Positions 18,201 to 27,374 of a DNA stretch of 58,137 nt are shown piece by piece. The DNA is taken from positions 1-58,137 of IMG/VR virus record IMGVR_UViG_3300025520_000006; one strand, written 5' to 3'. The stretch's first letter is position 1; every line of letters starts with the position of its first letter. The notes below the pieces were generated by a model. The model was not told the origin of the DNA, did no database searches, and was given only the letters and a program-made list of their open reading frames with translations. The translations under genes were made by a program, and so were the position numbers. The stretch is from a virus. Lineage: Duplodnaviria; Caudoviricetes.

Positions 18201-18650
18201 CTGTTTGGCGGTGGGACCGGGACAGTCGCCCCGTTCGCAGACGGCGGCATTGTCGGCGCTCCTGGCGGCAAGCGTGTCAACGTGCCGATGTCGGCGTTCA
18301 TCGGCGCGCCGCATTTCGCCAGCGGCGGCGCCGTTCCGGTGATCGCCCATGCTGGCGAGGTCATCCTGAATGCGGCGCAGCAGCGCAGCGTCGCGGCGGC
18401 GCTCACGGCCGCGCGCGGGTCAACAAGCAATGACAATCGCGGAACCGGGCCAATGGCGCCCACCCCTGTCACCGTCAATCTGATCGGCGCGCCGCAGGGC
18501 ACGAAGGTCCAGGAGACGCGCGACTCCAGTGGCGGGCGCCGGATCGACGTCGTTATGGATGAACGTATCGCCGCCGCGATGGGATCGCCGCAGGGCGTTG
18601 AGGCGGCGGGCGCCAATTACGGCATGAGCCGTAAGGTCGCGCGTCGCTGA
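15216..18650 (+). CDS. Tape measure protein with internal lysozyme-like domain
   Basis: 1144 aa, Ala-rich helical; QFQDV..Q..Q motif; A.RMGIDP..ALRVARSEG...G.FQL segment; FA.GG C-terminal motifs. Confidence 0.92.
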   Translation: MAVTLEVIRTLTTRARTEGVDAARRELESFAKAQDGVSKSNDNAARSVLSAAKSFDALERSVDPVAKANARLSAEQAKVQRALNEGSVSAERAAKVLSLLGARHEAAIALTQRHAGATSDFTARLSEWNKQTNSVAARMSQSTQATNDNAKAVGLARHEWVNLGRQFQDVGTMAAMGAAPMQIVTSQAAQIYDVLASSRGGTNAALKELGTVALRYVVSPVTLLAGALGVAGYAAYQFAEQQNALQRALNGTGRAAGVTAAQLRELASARAGGLSVGEGIGLTGQFASAGVAGPNIKTLVSDALAFARAFGLDIEKAGDEITQIVSESGLGAFEKRFGAVSFSTKEMIRSLEVSGRHIEAQTEKTRLFDEEVKKAKDTSSELEKIWRSIRNWATTPIAGLGPSLGRMSAGPTLQEQLASARGEFFNLRAQRNGDASSFPGESAAEARVLELERQIQAERERTAQAAREADLNRRSQIAGPIIDRLTPDATRLRGLKEQLDAVKPLTETAEGLEKLGDRAGAARTVVEQLTYQIDNFQTAADVMRQDNAIAVAEISARTYAQREAVAMEKARIQVLRETGDVNRAALAAENERAKMLAESARKVDELARTSSDNLRLSKMLPFDRRMAEIDIAERDFRRDNIPNAASPMAAQFNTAADAAHRVAGAFDGLANKIGGAGGNVLPFFAGGRSPSGADPRGLSDFIRSEAARMGIDPNVALRVARSEGLGSFTGDAGSSFGAFQLHRGGIAKGGNAVGGLGDDFFRQTGLDPSNPANERATISFALEQAKRMGWAPFHGAARAGIGRFEGIGANDNAGLLARTGGAFNDQREAARFEAMVKPLQDANREIERQRAALQSQESALGRSTAEVAKASKEQELLNQMQAQGAPLTDQLRASIGATAENYGRLAAETEAFGNKQRHLIENLDFIRGSARDALGGIASDLLHGASAADALNGALERIADRLLSLATDRAIEGIFGKTGSASGGILGGLGSLVGGLFGGGTGTVAPFADGGIVGAPGGKRVNVPMSAFIGAPHFASGGAVPVIAHAGEVILNAAQQRSVAAALTAARGSTSNDNRGTGPMAPTPVTVNLIGAPQGTKVQETRDSSGGRRIDVVMDERIAAAMGSPQGVEAAGANYGMSRKVARR

Positions 18651-19075
18651 TGGCGGTCCCTGTTTGGCCGTCCGAGCTTCCGCAACGCGTCTTGCGCGAC
18701 GGCTACAGCGAAAAGCTGCGCGACGGGCGCCTGTTCTCGCGCACGCAATCCGGGCCGGGCAAGGTGCGCCGACGCTATTCGTCGGCCGTGTTGCCCGTGT
18801 CCGCGTCTACCATCGTCACTTATGCGCAGAAATCGCGTCTAGAGCGGTTCTGGATCGAGGAAACGGCTTACGGGTCGCTCCCGTTCATCATGCCGGACCA
18901 GACGCATGACGGGCTCCCGCTGCTTGATGGCGGCGGCCTTCCGGTTCTGGACGGCGGCGGCTTGCCGATCTTGGTGACGGCCAACTGGCTGGTGCGCTTC
19001 GCGCAAGAGGTGCCGCAGTTCACGCCGTGGGGTCTGCAATTTACAGCCTCTTTCCAACTTGACGTGCTGCCGTAA
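18650..19075 (+). CDS. Distal tail protein-like
   Basis: WPSELPQ start, GPGKVRRR, GSLPF.MPD; follows the TMP. Confidence 0.75.
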   Translation: MAVPVWPSELPQRVLRDGYSEKLRDGRLFSRTQSGPGKVRRRYSSAVLPVSASTIVTYAQKSRLERFWIEETAYGSLPFIMPDQTHDGLPLLDGGGLPVLDGGGLPILVTANWLVRFAQEVPQFTPWGLQFTASFQLDVLP

Positions 19076-19587
19076 TGGCCGTCATTCCGCTCACAGTTCG
19101 CACGGCGATGTATGCCGAGCACAGCGAAGAGGTCGAAGTCGCGCTCGTCACGATCACACACGCCGATCTTGACGCGCCGGTGCGGGTATCAAGCGACCCG
19201 ACGTCGCGGCTGAGCACGGACCCGCTGCGCTACGGAACGTCCTCGCGCGGCAATGAATATGACTTCGTGCTGATGTCGGCGATCGTCCCGGATGACCGCA
19301 AGGGGACGCCACCGCGTGTCGCGCTGGTCTTCGACAATGTCGAATCCAACTTTATCGAAACGGCGCAGTCTTTCATCAATCCGGCGCATGCAGATATCGA
19401 GCTGGTTCTGGCCTCGGCGCCGGACACGGTGATCCAGGCCTATCGCGGGCTGCGCATCGTGCGCTGCACGTTCGACGACGCCTCGGCGACGTTCGATCTG
19501 TCGCGCGAGCCGTTCACGACTGAGCCGTTCGGCGCGCGGCAAGACAAACCAAGATTCCCAGGCCTGCACGGGTTGGCGAGCGCATGA
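19075..19587 (+). CDS. Tail tip protein (DUF1833-like)
   Basis: LVTITH..L..P.R, EPF...RFPGL; synteny. Confidence 0.7.
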   Translation: MAVIPLTVRTAMYAEHSEEVEVALVTITHADLDAPVRVSSDPTSRLSTDPLRYGTSSRGNEYDFVLMSAIVPDDRKGTPPRVALVFDNVESNFIETAQSFINPAHADIELVLASAPDTVIQAYRGLRIVRCTFDDASATFDLSREPFTTEPFGARQDKPRFPGLHGLASA

Positions 19588-19781
19588 CCGACGACCTTGT
19601 GGTTAAAATGCAGACGGCGATCTCCGGCCTCCCTGTCGATAAGGTCGCCAGCTTCCACGCGCGGTTTCTCGCATATCTTGAGGCGGGGCTTGTCGACGAT
19701 CTGCGCGCGCTCAGCGATGTAGAGTTCGGCGATTGCGACGCGATGGCGTTGCAGGTCGTCTGGCGCGAGCGCCGCCCCTGA
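19584..19781 (+). CDS. Hypothetical protein
   Basis: ATGA-coupled small ORF in the tail operon. Confidence 0.5.
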   Translation: MTDDLVVKMQTAISGLPVDKVASFHARFLAYLEAGLVDDLRALSDVEFGDCDAMALQVVWRERRP

Positions 19782-19797
19782 TGCACTGGAGCAGTGA

Positions 19798-19992
19798 ATG
19801 ATAATTGTCGTTCCCGGTTTTTGCGGCGTGATCGCGGGGTTTATGCTTGCCGCGCTATGGATCGGCCTGTCTATGCTGGTCGGGTTTCAGCAGCCGGACC
19901 CAGACCAGCTTCTAGGGCTGGTAATGGTTTGCGCGGTCGTCGCGCCAATTATCGCGGTCGGGATTGTGATGTCCCTCGAACTCAAATCATAA
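19798..19992 (+). CDS. Small two-TM membrane protein (moron-like)
   Basis: Two hydrophobic stretches; flanked by a 12-bp direct repeat. Confidence 0.55.
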   Translation: MIIVVPGFCGVIAGFMLAALWIGLSMLVGFQQPDPDQLLGLVMVCAVVAPIIAVGIVMSLELKS

Positions 19993-20403
19993 ATGCACTG
20001 GAGCGCGCGCTACATCGGTCTGCCGTGGCTCCCTGGCGGGCGCACGCGCGACGGCGTCGATTGTTGGGGGCTAATGACCCTCGTCTACGCCGAGGTCGCC
20101 GGTGTCCCGCTTGACCCCCTCAACGGGCTTTACGTCACAGCCGAAGAGCGCGAGGACATCGCGCGTATCGTCGATGGGCAGTGCGCGCATGGGCCGTGGG
20201 TCAAGGTCGAAGCGGGCGACGAGCGCGAAATGGATATCCTGCTGTTCCGCTGTTTCGGGCTGCAAAGCCATGTCGGCGTCGTCTGCGGCCGCGGGCTGAT
20301 GCTGCACGCGACGTCCGGCAAGGACAGTTCAATCGAGCGCTATGCGGACGGACGATGGCTGCCGAGGCTCATGAGCGCATGGCGTCACGAGGAGCTGGCG
20401 TGA
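19993..20403 (+). CDS. NlpC/P60-family tail protein
   Basis: YIGLPW..GGR...GVDCWGL...HVGV...MLH. Confidence 0.9.
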   Translation: MHWSARYIGLPWLPGGRTRDGVDCWGLMTLVYAEVAGVPLDPLNGLYVTAEEREDIARIVDGQCAHGPWVKVEAGDEREMDILLFRCFGLQSHVGVVCGRGLMLHATSGKDSSIERYADGRWLPRLMSAWRHEELA

Positions 20404-22898
20404 GCGCGCCCAGCGGCGCGCGCATCATCGCGCAGCCCTATCTCGATGGCGGCCGGCGTCTCGACGCGGTGGCGCCGGCGGGATCGACGATATTTGAGAT
20501 TGTCGCTATCGCCATCCCCGGCGTGCCTGAGCCGCTGTTGCCGCATGTGCGCGTCACCATCGGCGAGACGGTCATCCCGCGCGAAATGTGGATGCGAGTC
20601 CGGCCGAAGCCGACGACGATCGTCATCGTGCGGGTTGCGCCTGGCAATCGTGGCGCGCTGCGGGCAGCGCTCTCCATCGCGGTTGGCGTCGCGGCGCTCG
20701 CGGTCGGGCAGGTCTGGGCGGCGCCGCTCGCCGGCGCGCTCGGCTTTGGCGGCTCGGCGCTCGCCACGGGCATCGCCCAAGGCGTGCTCAGCGGCACGGT
20801 GCTGCTCGCCGGCACGTTCCTGATCAACTCGCTTGTGCCGCTGCGCCAGGATCAGGCGCAGGGCGCGGGCATCGCGCAGAGTCCGACATACGCTATCCAG
20901 GGCTTTCGCAACGTCGCCAATCCCGACGGCGTCGTGCCCTGCGTGATGGGCAAGGTTCGCTTCGCACCGCCATATGCGGCGCTGCCCTATACGGAAGTCG
21001 CCAACGGCGAGACCTATATCCGCGCGCTGTTCCTCGTCGGCTACGGCCCGGTCGCCATTCGCGACATCAAACTCGGCGACACGCCGATCGAGAATTTCAA
21101 GGAAGTCGAGGTCGAGGTCCGCGAGGGCTACCCCGACGACGAGCCGGTCACGCTCTACCCATCGCAGGTGCTCGAAGAACGCCTGTCGATCGACCTCAAT
21201 CAGGCCTATGTCGGCACCTACGGACCGCACACGCGGTTCACGGCGTCCGACGCCGACGAAGTCTCGCTCGATATTGCCTTCGCCAACGGCCTCTTTTGGA
21301 TGCGCACGGTCGTCGCTGGGTCGACATCGACGACATTTCCGCTGCCGCTGACAGTGACGGTCCGCATCCGCATGCGGCTGAACGGCGTCGGGTCGTGGAC
21401 GACGGTTACGGATTGGTCGATCTCGGCGTTCACGCAAAAGCCCTATAGCGCTTCCTATCGCTGGCGGCTCCCGGCGCGCGGCCGCTACGAAATTGAGGTG
21501 ACGCGCCTCACCGCCGACCTCGACGAACTGAACGCGTGGCAGCAAAATGACCAGTTCGTTTCGGTCTCGCTTTGGTCGGCGATCCGCAGCTATCGCCCGG
21601 AATATCCGCTGAACTTCAACCACCCGCTGGCCGTGATCGCGGTGCGGGCGCGCGGCTCCAAGCAACTGAACGGTGTCATCGACAATCTGAATTTGGAAGC
21701 CTCGCGCGTCTGCCTCGATTGGGACGGCGCAGATTGGGTCGAACAGGAGACGCAAAACCCTGCGGCGCTGCTGCGCTACGCGATGCAGGGACCGATGGTC
21801 GCCTATCCGCTTGAGGATGACGAAATTGATCTTGCGGGTCTCGAAGACTTCCACGACTTCTGCGCGGACAAGAGCCTCACCTATAACCGCGTTCACGATT
21901 TCGAGCAGTCCGTGTTCGACGCATGGAGCGACATCGCGGCGGCCGGTAGAGCCTCCCCGCGAGACGACGGCGAGCGCTGGGGCGTCGTTATCGATCGCAC
22001 GCAGACGATCACCATGCAGCACATTACCGCGCGCAACTCCTGGGGCTTCTCCGGCGCGCGCGATTACGTGCGCCTCCCCGACGCTTTCCGTGTCAAGTTC
22101 TATGACGAGACGAACAGCTACAAAATGGCAGAGCGCGTCGTGCCGTGGCCGGGGTTCCTTGGCGAGCCGGTCATCACGGAAAGCATCGAGCTCCCCGGCG
22201 TAACCGCCCCGGATCAAGTCTGGATCGAAGCGCGACGCCGGCAATACGAGCTGATCCACAGGCGCGACGTTTATTATGCGACGATGGACTTCGAGGGTGC
22301 CTGCGCGCGCCGCGGCGATCTCGTTTTGCACAGCCATGATGTGCTGAAGCGCACAAACATTTCGGCGCGGGTCAAATCGGTGTCGGGAACAGCCGTCACG
22401 CTCGACGACTTCGTGACGATGGAGGACGGCAAGACCTACGCTCTCCGCTTCCGCAAACTGCCAGATTCGGAAGGCGACGATCTCAGCATTTTGCGCAGTG
22501 TGACGACGGTTGTGGGCGAGCACGACACGGTTTTCATCACCGGCTCCGGTGTGCTGCCCAACGTCGGCGATCTGGCAATGTTCGGCGAGTCCGACAGCGT
22601 CACCAAGGAAATGATCGTTCGCGAAGTTGAGGGCGCCGAGGATCTGGCGCGCCGCTTCACGCTGGTCGACCACGCGCCGCAGATCGAAACGCTCGCCGAC
22701 GCGGAAGTGCCGCCGGATTGGAACGGGCGCTTTGGCGAGATCGCATGGCCGTATCTGCAATGGGGATCTGGCGACGTTCTGTCGTGGGGTGACGAGCTGC
22801 TTTCGTGGGGCACGGCGCTCGACACGCCCGGTCTCAAATGGGGGCCTAACAACCGACTGACATGGGGCGGCGATGATCTGCTCTGGGGGAACGCATGA
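20400..22898 (+). CDS. Central tail tip/host-specificity protein (TipJ-like, N-terminal gpI-like segment)
   Basis: GTG start overlapping the NlpC stop; N.ANPDG.VP...G..R.APPYAA.PY and TQNPA motifs. Confidence 0.85.
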   Translation: MSAPSGARIIAQPYLDGGRRLDAVAPAGSTIFEIVAIAIPGVPEPLLPHVRVTIGETVIPREMWMRVRPKPTTIVIVRVAPGNRGALRAALSIAVGVAALAVGQVWAAPLAGALGFGGSALATGIAQGVLSGTVLLAGTFLINSLVPLRQDQAQGAGIAQSPTYAIQGFRNVANPDGVVPCVMGKVRFAPPYAALPYTEVANGETYIRALFLVGYGPVAIRDIKLGDTPIENFKEVEVEVREGYPDDEPVTLYPSQVLEERLSIDLNQAYVGTYGPHTRFTASDADEVSLDIAFANGLFWMRTVVAGSTSTTFPLPLTVTVRIRMRLNGVGSWTTVTDWSISAFTQKPYSASYRWRLPARGRYEIEVTRLTADLDELNAWQQNDQFVSVSLWSAIRSYRPEYPLNFNHPLAVIAVRARGSKQLNGVIDNLNLEASRVCLDWDGADWVEQETQNPAALLRYAMQGPMVAYPLEDDEIDLAGLEDFHDFCADKSLTYNRVHDFEQSVFDAWSDIAAAGRASPRDDGERWGVVIDRTQTITMQHITARNSWGFSGARDYVRLPDAFRVKFYDETNSYKMAERVVPWPGFLGEPVITESIELPGVTAPDQVWIEARRRQYELIHRRDVYYATMDFEGACARRGDLVLHSHDVLKRTNISARVKSVSGTAVTLDDFVTMEDGKTYALRFRKLPDSEGDDLSILRSVTTVVGEHDTVFITGSGVLPNVGDLAMFGESDSVTKEMIVREVEGAEDLARRFTLVDHAPQIETLADAEVPPDWNGRFGEIAWPYLQWGSGDVLSWGDELLSWGTALDTPGLKWGPNNRLTWGGDDLLWGNA

Positions 22899-24145
22899 CA
22901 ACCGATCTGAAAGCGCTAACGGCGGATACTTCAATCCCAGATACCGCTCTCATCTTCGGGGCTGATGATCCGACCAGCGCTCAGCCGAGCGTCTATCCGA
23001 TCGACGACGTGAAAGCGAAAGTGCTCGAGGCCCCAGCGGAATTGGAGGCATCAACAACGGCCGCTGCCTCGCTGAATGTTCCGCACGGCGTCGCGCCAAC
23101 ATCTCCGGTCGATGGCGACATTTGGACAACGACAGCAGGCATCTACGCGCAGCTGAACGGCACGACCAGCCAAATTGCGATCGCGGCGAGCATGGCGTCG
23201 ACCTACGCGAAACAGATCGTCATCCAGGTTTTTACCTCGAACGGCACCTACGCCCCTACCGCAGGAATGAAGCTTGCCGAGGCGTTCGCGTTCGCGGGGG
23301 GGGGTGGCGGCGGGTCTGGCGCGCGGCGGGCGGCGGGCGCGATCGCATCCGGAGGCGGAGGCGGCGGAGGTGGCGGTAAAGCGTGCGGGAAGTTTACTGC
23401 CGCGCAGATCGGCGCATCGCAAACGGTCACGATCGGCGCAGCGGGAACCGGCGGCACAGCGCAGACGTCGGATTCCACGGCGGGCAATAACGGCACAGCG
23501 GGCGGCGCGACGTCGCTCGGGTCGCTGCTCTATGCGGGCGGCGGTGGCGCTGGCTCGGGCGGCGGCCTCGCGGCGGGATCGGGTGGCGGTGGCGGGGGCG
23601 GCACCGTCAGCATGGGGGCGAGTGCGAACGCAACCGGCGCAACGGGCGGTTTCGGCGCGTTTACGATCGGAAGCGGCGGCAGTGCCGCAGCGGGGGCCGG
23701 CGTTACGTCGGGCTCGGGCATCGGCTCCGGCGGCGGCGGCGGTCCGGCAGCAGGAACGATTGGGACCGCGGGCGGCGCCGTCAACACGGAAGCCGGAGCG
23801 ACCGGCGGCGGCTCGGGCGGCGGCATCACGGCGGCCGATGCGATGAGCAGCGGCGGCGCGGGCGGCACGACTTACGTTAGCGGCGCGGTGGTCGCGGCGG
23901 CAGGCGGAGCAACTGGCGTCGCGGGTTCCGCCGGCGCGACATACGCAAACTCGACCGGACCTCTCGACCGGGCCGGCGCAGGCGGCGGTGGCGGCGGGTC
24001 GCACGCGACGACCCCCGGCGCAGGCGGCGTTGGCGGCCTAGGAGGCGGCGGTGGCGGCGGAGGCGGCGCGGTGCGGAACGGCGCGAACTCCGGCGCCGGT
24101 GGCAACGGCGGCGCCGGTCTGATGATCATCGTTGAATATTTCTAA
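22895..24145 (+). CDS. Glycine-rich tail fibre-like protein
   Basis: QVFTSNGTY.P...GGGGGG...G.GG.G..IIVEY glycine-rich domain. Confidence 0.8.
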   Translation: MTTDLKALTADTSIPDTALIFGADDPTSAQPSVYPIDDVKAKVLEAPAELEASTTAAASLNVPHGVAPTSPVDGDIWTTTAGIYAQLNGTTSQIAIAASMASTYAKQIVIQVFTSNGTYAPTAGMKLAEAFAFAGGGGGGSGARRAAGAIASGGGGGGGGGKACGKFTAAQIGASQTVTIGAAGTGGTAQTSDSTAGNNGTAGGATSLGSLLYAGGGGAGSGGGLAAGSGGGGGGGTVSMGASANATGATGGFGAFTIGSGGSAAAGAGVTSGSGIGSGGGGGPAAGTIGTAGGAVNTEAGATGGGSGGGITAADAMSSGGAGGTTYVSGAVVAAAGGATGVAGSAGATYANSTGPLDRAGAGGGGGGSHATTPGAGGVGGLGGGGGGGGGAVRNGANSGAGGNGGAGLMIIVEYF

Positions 24146-24154
24146 GGAACGAAA

Positions 24155-26737
24155 ATGACTGAAGGAACGTCTTCGACTAACCTTTCTGTATCGGGCCGTC
24201 TTGACGAGTTTCTCGGCAATGCCGACCCCAACGGAACAGGCATGCAGGGGCCGTTTCGCGCTTCTGCTGCGAGCGTCGCCGCGCAGATTGCAGGCGGGAT
24301 TGCGCTTGAGGCGACGCCGCTTGGCGTTGAAACCAAAAGCCTCTCGACGCCGCCAGTCTCTCCAGTAACCGGCAACCGTTATGTCGTCGCGGCGGCGCCG
24401 ACCGGCGCCTGGGCGGGGCACGCAAATGACATCGCGACATGGGGCGGATCGGCCTGGAGTTTCATCACGCCGTCCGCCGGCTACGTCGTCAACGTCCTCG
24501 ATCTCGGGCAGCTCTATTATTACAACGGAACGTCGGGCGCATGGACCGCGTTCTTCGCCGATACGCTGTTTTTTGCGACATGGGCGGCGCTGAGCGCTGT
24601 CACGGGCACGAAGGCTGGCCAGGCGGCGCAGGTATTTGACGACGCGAGCACGCACACCGATCCGGTCGTCGGCGGAACTGTCGACAACGAGGGGCTCTAT
24701 TCATGGTCGACGTCTCCCGCCGGCTGGCGGCGCGTCGCCGACAACTCCGTCACCAACATGGCGCCGCTATCGTCGCCGGCGTTCACGGACGCGCCGACGA
24801 CGACCGTTCCGCCGCGCGAAGACTACTCGACGCGAATCCCAACCACCTCGTCGGTCGCCGACGAAGCCGGCGCTGAAATCCGCTCGGTCACAAACAACAT
24901 CCTGCGCTCGGAAGAGCTGGACAACGCGATCTGGAACAAGTCCGGCGTCACCGTCTCGGCGAACAGCGCGGTCGGGCCAGACGGCGCGTCGTCACTCGAC
25001 AAGGTTCAGGAAGACTCCTCGACCGGCGCGCATACGATCTTCCGGGCGATCGCCGCTGTCGCGGTCGGCACGCGAGTTACGGTCTCGTGGCATGTCCGCG
25101 CTGCGGAGCTTGATAAATTCGTGATGGCCGCCGTCAACGGATCGGTCGCCTACCAGGCCCGGTTTGATCTGACCAACAAAACCGCGACGCCGACGACGCT
25201 GACCGTCAATCTCGTCGCCGAGATTCACGAAGTGTCCTCCGGTCTTTTCCGGTGCTCGATTTCCTATGTCGTCACCGACGGTGCCGCCGCGAACACGTAT
25301 TCGCTCACTTTGGTCAATGTTTCGAACGCCACGTCCTATGCCGGAACGCCGGGGAACGGCATTCACGCAGGCTATGCGCAGGTCGAATACAGTCCTGTGC
25401 TGCGGCCCTACGTCAAAACCACGTCGGGCGCCGCCTCGAAAAGCTTTGCGCTGCGCAAGCCTTATGTGCGCCGCTACCTCGCCAACACGAACGGTTTCGG
25501 CTGCGACGACGACAGCAATATCTGCTACATCGTCGCCATCGGCGGACAATCCAACGGCGATGGCCAGGGGACGGATTCGCTTGTCGCGACCTCGGCGCTC
25601 TACTCCGGCAACGCGTTGATGCTGGCGGGATCGACCTATGGTCCGCACGCCAAAGGCCAGCGCGCCGCCGCCTTCACCGATCTGATCGAAGTCACTGCCG
25701 GCGCATCGAAAGAAACCGCCTGCAGCGGCTTGGTGAGTGGAATGATCAGCCGTGTGCAGAGCGAAGTGGGCAAGACAATTCGCGTATTGGCTTTTGCGCA
25801 TGCGCTCGGCGGAACGGCATATGAGCAGTTGAAACGCGGCGGCATCGGGTCGCTGGATTTTCGCTCATATCAGTGGTTCCTGACGGCGCTCGAAGACGCG
25901 GCGGAGACCGCGCGTGCGAATGGTTGGCGCCCGGTGTTTCTCATCCATAACTGGATGGGCAATGAGGTGAATCAAAACACGCCCGCCGAGCAGTGGGCGA
26001 CGTTCATGTGCCAGAACTACCGGATGATGGATGAAGACATTCGTCGCATCACCGGGCAGACGGAGAATTGGGTCTCCTTCATTGATCAGGTGAGTTATGT
26101 CGGCAACGCCGCCAACGCCTCGGCGTTCGCGCCGACGATCGTTGAAGGCAACCGCCTCGCGGCGCTGCGCAATTCCCGCATTAAACTCGGCAATCCGACC
26201 TATCAGCTCGAAAGAAGCGCGGCGTCCAACGCGATTCACTTTTCATGTGTCGGTCAGAACCGACGCGGGCAGGCGTTGGCGCGCGCCGTCTGCGCCGAGA
26301 TGTTCGGAACAGGCTACGAGCCCTTCGCGATGCGCAAGGCCTACCGCAGCGCGGCGGCGGAGATCACCGTCGAGTTCGCGGGATCGATGGCCGGCAGTCT
26401 CGTGATGGACACGAGCGACGCGATTGTGACCTCAACGGGCCTGCCGAGCGGAAATTATTACGGGTTCCGCTTCGACGATCGAAGCGGTGCATCGCCGTCG
26501 ATCACCGGGCACAGCATTTCGGGCCGCAGCCTCCTTCTGACGTTGTCTGCAACGCCCTCGGCGAACCACGCGTGGCGCTTGGCCTATGCAACCGAGCGCA
26601 ATCCGAGCGTCATCACGGACGGCCCGGCGACCGGCGCGCGCGGCTGCCTGCGCCTCGATACCGCCCATACGATGCTCTACTCGCTGAGCGACGATTACGA
26701 TTGGTGCCACCCCGGCATTCTCGAAGTGGCGAAGTGA
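24155..26737 (+). CDS. Tail fibre/spike with DUF2793-like, carbohydrate-binding-like and SGNH/sialate O-acetylesterase-like domains
   Basis: YVVAAAPTGAWAG...IA.W.G..W.F.TP..G; NNILRSEEL....W; GQSN...W.GNE...IH. Confidence 0.8.
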   Translation: MTEGTSSTNLSVSGRLDEFLGNADPNGTGMQGPFRASAASVAAQIAGGIALEATPLGVETKSLSTPPVSPVTGNRYVVAAAPTGAWAGHANDIATWGGSAWSFITPSAGYVVNVLDLGQLYYYNGTSGAWTAFFADTLFFATWAALSAVTGTKAGQAAQVFDDASTHTDPVVGGTVDNEGLYSWSTSPAGWRRVADNSVTNMAPLSSPAFTDAPTTTVPPREDYSTRIPTTSSVADEAGAEIRSVTNNILRSEELDNAIWNKSGVTVSANSAVGPDGASSLDKVQEDSSTGAHTIFRAIAAVAVGTRVTVSWHVRAAELDKFVMAAVNGSVAYQARFDLTNKTATPTTLTVNLVAEIHEVSSGLFRCSISYVVTDGAAANTYSLTLVNVSNATSYAGTPGNGIHAGYAQVEYSPVLRPYVKTTSGAASKSFALRKPYVRRYLANTNGFGCDDDSNICYIVAIGGQSNGDGQGTDSLVATSALYSGNALMLAGSTYGPHAKGQRAAAFTDLIEVTAGASKETACSGLVSGMISRVQSEVGKTIRVLAFAHALGGTAYEQLKRGGIGSLDFRSYQWFLTALEDAAETARANGWRPVFLIHNWMGNEVNQNTPAEQWATFMCQNYRMMDEDIRRITGQTENWVSFIDQVSYVGNAANASAFAPTIVEGNRLAALRNSRIKLGNPTYQLERSAASNAIHFSCVGQNRRGQALARAVCAEMFGTGYEPFAMRKAYRSAAAEITVEFAGSMAGSLVMDTSDAIVTSTGLPSGNYYGFRFDDRSGASPSITGHSISGRSLLLTLSATPSANHAWRLAYATERNPSVITDGPATGARGCLRLDTAHTMLYSLSDDYDWCHPGILEVAK

Positions 26738-26738
26738 C

Positions 26739-26918
26739 CTACTCGACGGGGGCGAAGGCGCCGCGGTAGGTGACGTCGCCAACCGCTTCGATCGCCTTCA
26801 GGACATTGTCCATCTCGGCGCGCGCCATTCTGACAGGCTTCGGCTCGCGCCCTTCGTCCAGCGCTTTCGAAATATAGGCTGTGACCATCTGGTCAAGAAT
26901 GATGTCGCGGTCGGTCAT
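26739..26918 (-). CDS. Small hypothetical protein (opposite-strand moron)
   Basis: AGGAG RBS before ATG (MTDRDIILDQ...); convergent with the tail fibre gene. Confidence 0.55.
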   Translation of the reverse strand: MTDRDIILDQMVTAYISKALDEGREPKPVRMARAEMDNVLKAIEAVGDVTYRGAFAPVE

Positions 26919-27025
26919 AATGCGTCTCCTAAAAATGAAGCGCGCATAAAGCCATAGCTGTAACGTTTTGGCAAGAATCCGCCGCCGGGCGGCTCCCGGC
27001 AACTCCCCCGCAAAGGACTACCGAC

Positions 27026-27274
27026 ATGACCGAAGCCGAACAGGCGGCGCTCGATCTGCTTGCCGAACAGCGCCAAACGATGGTTGCGCTGCACACGATG
27101 ACGATCGAAAAGAACAGCGAGATTTCGTCGCTGAAAGAGCAGCTCGCCACCTTTCAAACGGCGGACGCGCAAACCGCCGTCGCGCAGGAGCGCGAATGGT
27201 TCGACGCGTTTCGCGATGCTGTCTTTCCGCCGCCGGCGCCGATGGAGCAGCCGACCGAAGAAGTCGCCGGCTAA
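27026..27274 (+). CDS. Hypothetical coiled-coil protein
   Basis: AAGGA RBS, ATG, 82 aa. Confidence 0.7.
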   Translation: MTEAEQAALDLLAEQRQTMVALHTMTIEKNSEISSLKEQLATFQTADAQTAVAQEREWFDAFRDAVFPPPAPMEQPTEEVAG

Positions 27275-27302
27275 CCCACCGCTCTACGAGCCGGAGGCGC
27301 GC

Positions 27303-27374
27303 ATGTTTCGCGTCGCTTTATGGTCCGTCGCCGCGATGCTGATTGCGGCGACGGTCCTGCACTACGCGATCTGA
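27303..27374 (+). CDS. Single-TM microprotein 1 (23 aa)
   Basis: MFRVALWSVAAMLIAATVLHYAI; GGAGG RBS; TGATG coupling to the next ORF. Confidence 0.6.
   Translation: MFRVALWSVAAMLIAATVLHYAI

Noticed and set aside
20385-22934. 849-aa minus-strand ORF and other long antisense ORFs (e.g. 7962-9275, 4461-5564, 35937-36980)
   Set aside because: Shadow frames of well-supported genes in high-GC DNA; no motifs or RBS.
23290-24120. GGC-rich repeats as a DNA-level element
   Set aside because: Explained by poly-glycine coding in the fibre-like protein.
22895-26737. Diversity-generating retroelement or invertible tail-fibre cassette
   Set aside because: No reverse transcriptase, template/variable repeat pair or invertase was seen.
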